16,189 bases of DNA from Verrucomicrobiota bacterium (GTDB lineage Bacteria; Verrucomicrobiota; Verrucomicrobiia; Opitutales; Coraliomargaritaceae), in NCBI GenBank assembly GCA_039815375.1, contig JBCBZJ010000043.1, positions 1-16,189 on the forward strand. Direction: 5' to 3'. The notes below the pieces were generated by a model that was given only the letters and a program-made list of their open reading frames with translations, searched no databases and was not told where the DNA came from. A program made the translations under genes and the position numbers. Numbering within the stretch: the first letter of the stretch is position 1; each line of letters starts with the position of its first letter. Positions 1-7,725 of the stretch are shown piece after piece.

Positions 1-7
1 CGGATAT

Positions 8-27
8 GACGTGTGCTCTTCCGATCT
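8..27 (+). other. Illumina TruSeq adapter remnant (GACGTGTGCTCTTCCGATCT)
   Basis: Exact 20-nt match to the 3' end of the TruSeq read-2 primer/adapter ...CAGACGTGTGCTCTTCCGATCT, at the extreme end of the window. The GTG 'start' of ORF 13..432 lies inside it. Confidence 0.95.
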
Positions 28-408
28 ATGGACGTTGATGGCGTTTACTACTCGCTCGTTGATGTAGGCAGTTCTGCTACAAATATGGGCGATTTAGGTT
101 CTATTCCACTTAAACTTATTCGCGGTAAAGATCACATCCATGTTGACTCGCCTAAGACAACAGTGAAAGCGGGCGACTATGTTCCTGTTACATTTGAAGT
201 ACTGGCGAATAATACCGGTATCGATAGTGAATATAGCTTCGAGCTTGATATTCCAGATGGTTTAGCGCTTCACGAAGATAACGTACTTATCTCGAGCTCA
301 TCAGATATTAATGTTGAAGTTGCTGATGGCAAATTAACTCTAACTGGTACACAGCTTGATACTAGTGATATCGCACCAGATTATATCGTGACAAATAGCA
401 TCACTGAC
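28..408 (+). other. Probable chimeric fragment: internal piece of a large secreted protein resembling the C-terminal region of marine gammaproteobacterial S8 serine peptidases
   Basis: Open frame with no real start (VDVGSSATNMGDLGSIPLKLIRG...KAGDYVPVTFEVLANNTG...IPDGL...DYIVTNSITD). It is more AT-rich than the operon, directly follows the adapter and collides with the 3' end of the minus-strand gene. The family resemblance is from memory, not a search. Confidence 0.5.
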
Positions 409-3267
409 GTCCATTCCATCAACGGATATTAAGATCTGCTGTGTAAGGCCAAAGGCGTTAAGATTTTTGCGACGGTATAAATTGAACTCTACTGTATGCG
501 AGATTTCAGAGCCATTGAGCATTTGCATCTCATAGATGGAGTTCATACGATTTTCGCGAAAATCACCTCCTGCCGCGAATTGTGAGAGGTCATCCACTCC
601 ATTTCCATCCATATCTTCGTCAGGGAGCCCCGGTAGATAGTCAGTCGCATCAGTACTGGCTGAGAAGACCAGATAAGCAAGCTGCTCTGCCCCGTGACTT
701 CGATCACTATTACGAATAATGTCTTCGTCAACAGCCGTTAGTAATCCCTGGTCCGTTAAGTAATTGTCACCGTAAAGTAATGCCCAAGAGCCATCTCGAT
801 TATCCAAGCCTGCTTGTGTTAGGATTACACCGGTGGCATTCTCTACTCCAGTAATCGGATAATCGTAGGGAGGCGAATTATGCATGCCTTCGACAGTTCT
901 ACCCCCAAGCTGAGCAGTATAATGGATCGAACCAGGCAATGTTCCGCTGCCAGCCTCGATAACGACGTAGCCCAAAGTTTCGTCGGCTCGGGCCTGGTTG
1001 GTATCCCCTGCAACGGCTTTTCCCGTCCTAAGTACAGTCGAGGAAGGAGAATCACCACGATTGCTACCTCGTGTCCAAAAATACGAGAAATTCGGATCAT
1101 TGTAAGTCATCACTTGGCCCAATACGACTGGCGTAGTGTATTTGTTGTTGTAAAAACCATCATCCCCGTCCCAGTCATTCCTTCTAAAATAGGTTGAGGT
1201 CGAAAGATACTTTTTGGCTTCCATCTTGATCCCGTGTATGTCCGAAAAATATGTTCCTTCATCGACCACAAAATATTCAAGATCAATCGTACTTACCGGT
1301 TCGTTACTATCGTTTACCGGCTGAGCCAGAATCTCAAAGCTGTTACCGCTGGCATTCCGGATACGAGGAACCATAGGAGGATTGCTACTGGAATAAATAG
1401 GCGTCGCAATTACAACCATATCATTGTAGTTATTTGCCAGTGACACTGTTCTCCAGTTTTGATTGTCAACCTCAGTGACTTTGCCACGCTCCCAAATAAG
1501 CGCTTCGGGAACCTTGATCACATTTAAGGTCAGCGTGCCAACACTGGAAACTTCAAAACCGTCGTCGACGGTGTAAGTAATTGTATCGAGCCCTTCGAAA
1601 CCAGGGTCTGGAGTATAAGTGAATTGCTCGCCAGTCTGGGTCAGAGTGCCGTTCGCTGGTTGTGTGACGATCGTGTATTTGAGATAATCATAGTCTAAAT
1701 CAAAACCTTCGATATCGATGTTGCTCGTTTCATCTTGGAGCACAGTCACAACAGCATCACGAGCCTCAGGTGTCGCATTAACTCGTTTCAGATATCCGAG
1801 TTCCGTGACTGTCTTATAGGCAAGGTACAGAACATACTCCTGTTCTTCAGTCCAACCGTTGTAATGTTCGAGAGGATTTCGGTTTGTCATTACCGTATAT
1901 ATCATCCCAGCCAGCATAGTTTCGCCAAGGGTTGTCAGATGAACATCATAAACTCGCGGCACCAGAATCAATTCAGGTCTTTGCTCCCAGGCACGACCAA
2001 AACCGAGGTAATTGGGTGTCCCCCGGCAATCGACATCGGAATGGGCTGAGGTCGAAACGAATCCCATTTGTGTGCGGATACCAGCGAGGGTTCTTTCCTC
2101 CGAAGAAACCTCACTGCCTCTATCTGTCGTATAGTGCCTTTGTGAAAAAACGAATCTTGTGTCACTCCCTTCATCTGGGTCGAAACCATGTAAGGTGTTC
2201 ATATGAGAGGAGAAGTTGAGGCTGCCATAGGGTCGGCCAAACAAAAAGTCATAGTTACTATCTGTGATCAAAGTCTGGATCGCGTCGACTTCGAGGTTAT
2301 CTGGGAAATACCGGTAGTCGGTATTCCCGTCATCATACTCGTAGCCATCGATGTGAATCCCGAGATCACCATACCCGGTATTTTTCATGATCTTTCTTAG
2401 CTGCCTGGTTGTTCCCTTTTCGGTGCTCGTTCCCATAGAAGCCCAGTTTCTCATATCTGCGAGCAAAAGCGGAACCTCAAAGGGTGTGCAAAAGCTACTG
2501 GTAAATTCGCCCGTGTAGTGAGTCGCAGTCTGAGCTTCATCCCAATTGGAGTAAGCATAATCAATAATCTGAGTCGTTTGCTCTGCCGTGATATCCTCAT
2601 GCGTATAGGTGCTGTTATGCGCATCTTGCTCGAAAAGATGAGTGTAAACCGAAACAGCCATAACATATTCGACCCATTTATTGGGCGACTGGACCGATGA
2701 GGCTGTAGCCGATATTAAAGTATCATTAACAACATCTTCCATCACCAAACCAGCCGGAACGCAGTCGAGTGCCAATGCATCCGTTACCCGGTAAGAAACT
2801 TCTTCGACATAGCTAAGGGATGACGAGAAGGTGCCCGAATCCCAAATCATGGGAACAATGATTTTACTATCACGCTTTGCCGTGTAAGCCTTTATGAGGC
2901 GCACGGTTTCCATGAATAAAGCTGGTTTCCTCTCTATATCGTCTTCTCTTGGAATCAAAATGATGTAGTCACCACTGGCATCAATCGCGTCCAGCATGGG
3001 ATTTTTATCAGCGGCGACAACCCGATCATCGTAGTAGGCCTGAAGGATGTCGTCATCGTCAAAATGAGAGAACTGCAAATTCAGCGAACTCACGTTAGTA
3101 TCTGATTCATAGATACTTTGGAACGTAGCTTGAAACTCAGCCGCCCCGGAACCTAGAAATAAAATTTTACTATCAGCTGGGACAACAGCCCACAAAGGGC
3201 TAGTGAGAAGAAGGCCAGATATTAAACTAATAAATGGCCGAATCTTAAAGAGGATTGGCATTTTCAT
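340..3267 (-). CDS. Large secreted multidomain protein: signal peptide, two SGNH-hydrolase-like modules, Big_9/cadherin-like (tandem-95) domain, three lectin-like beta repeats, C-terminal DxDGNG...YRR...S-D tail. True 3' end probably lost at about 409.
   Basis: 975-aa ORF with an N-terminal hydrophobic signal ending PLWA. NATPEARD...YTIVTQPANGTL...FTYTPDPGFEGLDTITYTVDDG (about 1518-1779) is a typical Big_9-like repeat. Three units end in (E/L)-x-Y-x-V (about 665-1497). The last ~23 codons read through the foreign fragment. Confidence 0.8.
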   Translation of the reverse strand: MKMPILFKIRPFISLISGLLLTSPLWAVVPADSKILFLGSGAAEFQATFQSIYESDTNVSSLNLQFSHFDDDDILQAYYDDRVVAADKNPMLDAIDASGDYIILIPREDDIERKPALFMETVRLIKAYTAKRDSKIIVPMIWDSGTFSSSLSYVEEVSYRVTDALALDCVPAGLVMEDVVNDTLISATASSVQSPNKWVEYVMAVSVYTHLFEQDAHNSTYTHEDITAEQTTQIIDYAYSNWDEAQTATHYTGEFTSSFCTPFEVPLLLADMRNWASMGTSTEKGTTRQLRKIMKNTGYGDLGIHIDGYEYDDGNTDYRYFPDNLEVDAIQTLITDSNYDFLFGRPYGSLNFSSHMNTLHGFDPDEGSDTRFVFSQRHYTTDRGSEVSSEERTLAGIRTQMGFVSTSAHSDVDCRGTPNYLGFGRAWEQRPELILVPRVYDVHLTTLGETMLAGMIYTVMTNRNPLEHYNGWTEEQEYVLYLAYKTVTELGYLKRVNATPEARDAVVTVLQDETSNIDIEGFDLDYDYLKYTIVTQPANGTLTQTGEQFTYTPDPGFEGLDTITYTVDDGFEVSSVGTLTLNVIKVPEALIWERGKVTEVDNQNWRTVSLANNYNDMVVIATPIYSSSNPPMVPRIRNASGNSFEILAQPVNDSNEPVSTIDLEYFVVDEGTYFSDIHGIKMEAKKYLSTSTYFRRNDWDGDDGFYNNKYTTPVVLGQVMTYNDPNFSYFWTRGSNRGDSPSSTVLRTGKAVAGDTNQARADETLGYVVIEAGSGTLPGSIHYTAQLGGRTVEGMHNSPPYDYPITGVENATGVILTQAGLDNRDGSWALLYGDNYLTDQGLLTAVDEDIIRNSDRSHGAEQLAYLVFSASTDATDYLPGLPDEDMDGNGVDDLSQFAAGGDFRENRMNSIYEMQMLNGSEISHTVEFNLYRRKNLNAFGLTQQILISVDGMDVSDAICHDIIWCDITSIKLCTS

Positions 3268-3310
3268 GGGGATGGCTGTTTTCGGGGAGTTTAGCTAAGT
3301 CCAATCACTG

Positions 3311-3366
3311 AAGCGAGTAGCAAGGATAGGAATCGACAAAGCGAGTAGCAGGGACAGGAATCGACA
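3311..3366. repeat. Two-copy 28-bp tandem direct repeat
   Basis: AAGCGAGTAGCAAGGATAGGAATCGACA (3311-3338) and AAGCGAGTAGCAGGGACAGGAATCGACA (3339-3366), 26/28 identical. Confidence 0.95.
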
Positions 3367-3479
3367 AGGTTGATTACCCACATGTAACTATTTTTCTTAG
3401 AGAGCAATCTAAGAGAGGGTGGTTTCCAACTGTTAAGGGATAATTTTTCTGCAGTTGATAGAATTAATCTAGAAAAAAG

Positions 3480-4419
3480 GCCTCTTCACGGATTTCGGAC
3501 ACAGGTTGTCTGAAGTCTTCTTTCTTAGCTGCTTCTCTGGCTTGGATCTGAGGCTGCAGGGATTTGGCTGATCGAGGTTATTCAGAGGGTTGAGCAGGTG
3601 CTGGCTGTCGTTTTGCTGTCTGGTTTTCGACATCAATACACCAAAACTATGACAACCAGTATCGTTTACCATACTCAGGGCATCCGTGGATTCCACTATG
3701 AAAAGACCGTTCGCAAGGATCAGACTGAGTATTATCACATCATCTGCACTGCAACCAAGGCGGTTTGCCCCTGCTGTAAGTCCAAGCAGGCAAAATTCGT
3801 TGAGACTGTGCAGCAACGCTTCATCCGAGAGCTGCCTGCCGGCTTAAAAAACGGTTTTCATTGTGCAGATCAAGCGAGTGCGCTGCGAGAGTTGTCACGG
3901 TTTCGCCCGTGAGCGTTTGAGCTTTTGCCCGGCTCCGAACGTGGCTTACACCAAATGGTTGGTGAAGTATGTCCTGGCTCTGAGGCGTGAGATGTCGATC
4001 GCTGCTGTAGCCAAGTTCACCGGTCTACACTGGGAGAGTGTCAAGGAGATCGAGAAGCGTTATCTGGCTAAAAAATACGCCAAAGTCAGCCTGGGTTCGT
4101 TGTGCAGGTTCGGCATCGACGAGGTATATCTCGGTCGTAAGTTCGGCTTCATCACCGTGGTGCGACAAAGCGGAAGCCTCTGCGATCCATTGCCTAAAGC
4201 AAATGGCTAAAATCATATGCAAGCGTATCGAAGGACTCCTCGCCTTCTGGAAACATGACCGTCTCACCAGTGCCAGCCAGGAGCGCTGTAACAACAAAAT
4301 AGGATGGCTCACCAGACAGGCTTATGGATACAGAGATGAAGAGTTCCTAAACCTTAAAATCTACGATCTGCCGAACCTATCTACGCGGAAAGAACTGTGA
4401 CCGAAATCCGTGATGAACT
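3480..4419 (+). mobile_element. Degenerate ISL3-family insertion sequence (about 940 bp)
   Basis: Imperfect terminal inverted repeats: left GCCTCTTCACGGATTTCGGACACAG (3480-3504), right on the reverse strand AGTTCATCACGGATTTCGGTCACAG (4419-4395). They enclose ISL3 transposase fragments. No target-site duplication is visible. Confidence 0.88.
3649..4400 (+). pseudogene. ISL3 transposase pseudogene in three pieces
   Basis: Zinc finger CPCC...RVRCESC, HTH region (MSIAAVAKFTGLHWESVKEIEK), first catalytic motif GIDE, and C-terminal E-x-x-NNKI...RQAYGYRDEEFLNLKI. There is a frameshift at the A6 run 3846-3851 and a large internal deletion at about 4158-4166. Confidence 0.9.
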
Positions 4420-4606
4420 GATTTTCGCTTCTTACGCGAGTCTAAGTAATTGTTTATTTGATCAGCAATTTCCGGTGTACACTCAAATCAAATGTGCGAA
4501 AGATAATCTATGTTATCAAACAGGCACAGACGATTGGGGGAAAATGACACTTATGTCTCTGCCGGAAATGTCACAATAAACTACCCTGAATAATACACCT
4601 GATAGT

Positions 4607-5050
4607 TTAGCGTTCCTGCACCTGCGGGATGATCTTACTGGTAAGTGTCAGCTTACCGGAATTGACGCCCTTGCAGGTCAGCATGCGGTCGGTGATTTTT
4701 CTCAGGCGGCGGACGCGGCCCTGGACTAGAACGACCTCCATCACGTTGTCGCCTTCGAGGAGAACGTGCTGACTGCTGATGCACTCGTCAATATGCTCTC
4801 GCTCGATCCGCGCCAGTTTCTCCAGAAGGCCCGCCTTTGACGAGTCGTAGAATAAGGTAATTGTTCCGGCCATTAAGGTCTCGTCGTTTTCCTGCTGATA
4901 CTCGACAAGCTGCTGCTCGATCATTTCAGCGATTGCTTGCGAACGGTTATGAAAACCTCGTCTTTGAATCATCTCGTCCAGCCCCTCGGCCAAACGACGC
5001 GGTAGGGAGACGCTGATGCGGTGCGCTGTATTATTTTTATCCACCTTCAT
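4607..5050 (-). CDS. nikR: NikR-family ribbon-helix-helix transcriptional regulator with a degenerate Ni-binding site
   Basis: N-terminal RHH (RISVSLP...[21 protein letters not shown]) plus NikR C-terminal ACT-like domain (GTITLFYD...SQHVLL...MEVVLVQG...KGV..GKL). ATG at 5050 is preferred over the upstream TTG at 5095, which falls in the operator region. Confidence 0.88.
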   Translation of the reverse strand: MKVDKNNTAHRISVSLPRRLAEGLDEMIQRRGFHNRSQAIAEMIEQQLVEYQQENDETLMAGTITLFYDSSKAGLLEKLARIEREHIDECISSQHVLLEGDNVMEVVLVQGRVRRLRKITDRMLTCKGVNSGKLTLTSKIIPQVQER

Positions 5051-5076
5051 ACGATTTCGGTCTACTGCATCAAATC

Positions 5077-5104
5077 GTAATACTTCCGGCAACAAATTTA
5101 TTAC
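5077..5104. promoter_or_regulatory. Putative operator of the NikR-like regulator: GTAATA-N16-TATTAC
   Basis: Perfect 6-bp inverted repeat with a 16-bp spacer, the same geometry as the E. coli NikR operator GTATGA-N16-TCATAC. It lies between the nikR-like start and the sigma54 promoter. Confidence 0.75.
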
Positions 5105-5125
5105 TTTTAATTCCTGAAAAATTGA

Positions 5126-5142
5126 TTGGCACGCTTAATGCA
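5126..5142 (+). promoter_or_regulatory. Sigma54 (RpoN) -24/-12 promoter
   Basis: TTGGCACGCTTAATGCA matches TGGCAC-N5-TTGCW with one mismatch and exact GG(5128-5129)/GC(5140-5141) spacing. Predicted +1 is near 5153, upstream of a nitrogen-assimilation operon. Confidence 0.82.
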
Positions 5143-5214
5143 AGATTGTTCAGGCTTTCGGACGCTGTCGCGGACAGAGCCTCTCGAACAATACTACTCA
5201 ACAAAATAACGACT

Positions 5215-6216
<1,002 letters not shown>

Positions 6217-6253
6217 AAAGCCAGTCTTTCTCAGACTTTCTAGTTTGCTTGTC

Positions 6254-6288
6254 GAAGGCGGGCCATAGGCCTGGCTCGCCTTCTTTTT
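6254..6288 (+). terminator. Intrinsic terminator-like hairpin between the binding-protein and permease genes
   Basis: GAAGGCGGGCCA-taggcc-TGGCTCGCCTTC (12-bp stem, one G-U pair) followed by TTTTT. Confidence 0.75.
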
Positions 6289-6337
6289 GCCTCGAAACAA
6301 GGACTGCCTTTCAAAATCCGCGATATAAACAAGCAGC

Positions 6338-7723
6338 ATGACTAAGAACAAAAAGCCCAAGGCGCAGAGGCATCCTTGGTTTGCGGTCCGGAAGGACCTT
6401 GATGCAAAACGTCGCCTCTTGCTCTCTGTATTTTCCTTCATCATGCCTTTGGCTATCTGGTGCCTGGTGAGCTACACGCCGTTTATCTGGCATCCGGATA
6501 TTAAACTGCAAATCTCTGCCGACAGAAGTGATGTAACAACCGTGTTCACTGCGGGTGACCATCTGAGCAAGACCTATTTCCCGACCTTTGTTGAGGCGAT
6601 CCAGAAAGATAATAACTTGGTTTTGGCGGCTCGTGAAGCTGGCGAGCTGGGTAACGGAGGCTCTCGTGCACGCCGTGCCAACGTTAAGATCATACGGCAA
6701 ATCTCATCGCCTGCTATTGCGAATGGTTGGTTAACTAAAGAAGAGGCAGAGGAAGATGAAGCACTCTACATGATTTGGAAAGGTGTTGCTGAAGGCAGCC
6801 TCGAAGGGAAAAAGGTAAAATTCAGCGAAGAGAACGTTGCGATAGCTCAGCGTAACTGGGCTTTGATGTCGGCCAAGAGCCCAACTTACGATTCCAAGCT
6901 GATGCCGGACCAGCCTCTCCAAAAACTTGTGCCACAGGGACGCTTGGCAAATCCAGTTTATCTGCCCGCGCCGCACGAAGTTGTGGTCAAGGGTCTAGAA
7001 GATTTCACCTTCACCTCCGATGGCGACAAGCCCTCGATGTTTGAACGCTATAAGCATTCGTTGAAAATCGTCTTCATGGGTTTCCTCATGGCGGCACTGG
7101 TTGGCGTTCCTCTAGGCGTGCTCTGTGGCACCTTCGATTTCTTCTCCAAGCTCTTCGAACCATTTATCGACTTTTTCCGTTATATGCCGGCACCCGCCTT
7201 CAGTACTTTGCTGGTCGCAATTTTCGCAGCGCATGACGCGCCAAAGATCGCTTTGGTCTTTGTCGGCACTTTCTTTCAGCTCGTGTTGGTTGTTTCGAAC
7301 ACAACGCGCCAATTGGAGACTTCCCTCCTCGAGGCTGCTCAAACGCTCGGTGCAAAAAACATGACGCTGATTCGCCGCGTTATCATTCCTGGTATCACAC
7401 CGAATCTCTTCAATGACCTACGCATTCTACTCGGCTGGGCTTGGACCTGGCTTGTTATTGCCGAGCTCATCGGGGTGAAAAGCGGTCTGACTGAGTTCCT
7501 CGAAACGCAAGGTCGCTGGCGCAACTTCGATAGTGTGTTCCCTATCATTATCCTGATTGGTGTGACTGGTTTCACGACCGACCAGTTCCTTGCATCGTTG
7601 CGTAAATATCTTTTCCCATGGACACCGGAAGCTTCCGAGAAGAAGCACGGTATCTTTGGACGCTTCGCCTTCTGGCTCCTCGACCGGAAAGTTTATGAAT
7701 CACCTGTCAATGGAAAGGTATAA
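6338..7723 (+). CDS. ABC transporter permease (SsuC/TauC-like) with a large extracytoplasmic insertion
   Basis: [29 protein letters not shown] loop ([10 protein letters not shown]) and [14 protein letters not shown] motifs. A hydrophilic segment of about 150 aa follows the first transmembrane helix. Confidence 0.92.
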   Translation: MTKNKKPKAQRHPWFAVRKDLDAKRRLLLSVFSFIMPLAIWCLVSYTPFIWHPDIKLQISADRSDVTTVFTAGDHLSKTYFPTFVEAIQKDNNLVLAAREAGELGNGGSRARRANVKIIRQISSPAIANGWLTKEEAEEDEALYMIWKGVAEGSLEGKKVKFSEENVAIAQRNWALMSAKSPTYDSKLMPDQPLQKLVPQGRLANPVYLPAPHEVVVKGLEDFTFTSDGDKPSMFERYKHSLKIVFMGFLMAALVGVPLGVLCGTFDFFSKLFEPFIDFFRYMPAPAFSTLLVAIFAAHDAPKIALVFVGTFFQLVLVVSNTTRQLETSLLEAAQTLGAKNMTLIRRVIIPGITPNLFNDLRILLGWAWTWLVIAELIGVKSGLTEFLETQGRWRNFDSVFPIIILIGVTGFTTDQFLASLRKYLFPWTPEASEKKHGIFGRFAFWLLDRKVYESPVNGKV

Positions 7724-7725
7724 GT

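Noticed and set aside
1..429. CGGATAT at 1-7 repeated at 423-429 as a target-site duplication
   Set aside because: Only 7 nt, at the window edge next to the adapter, with no mobile-element features between the copies.
13..432. 139-aa ORF as a complete gene
   Set aside because: Its start codon lies inside the adapter sequence and its end runs across the suspected chimeric junction.
3311..3366. 28-bp repeat pair as a CRISPR array
   Set aside because: Only two directly adjacent copies, no spacer, and no cas genes in the window.
3846..3851. Programmed ribosomal frameshift in the transposase at the A6 run
   Set aside because: The required shift is +1, ISL3 transposases are normally a single ORF, and the gene has other lesions. 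Decay or a homopolymer error is more likely.
4397..4579. 60-aa ORF downstream of the transposase
   Set aside because: It starts inside the IS right inverted repeat, lies in AT-rich intergenic sequence and has no recognisable motif.
5028..5052. GTATTA-N13-TCATAC as a second NikR operator
   Set aside because: One half matches the E. coli half-site, but the spacer is 13 rather than 16 and the site lies within the coding start. Likely chance.
5150..5214. Canonical guanidine-I/II/III riboswitch
   Set aside because: The leader is too short for guanidine-I and lacks its 3' conserved block, has no paired ACGR tetraloops, and has no convincing guanidine-III pseudoknot. Judged by eye only.
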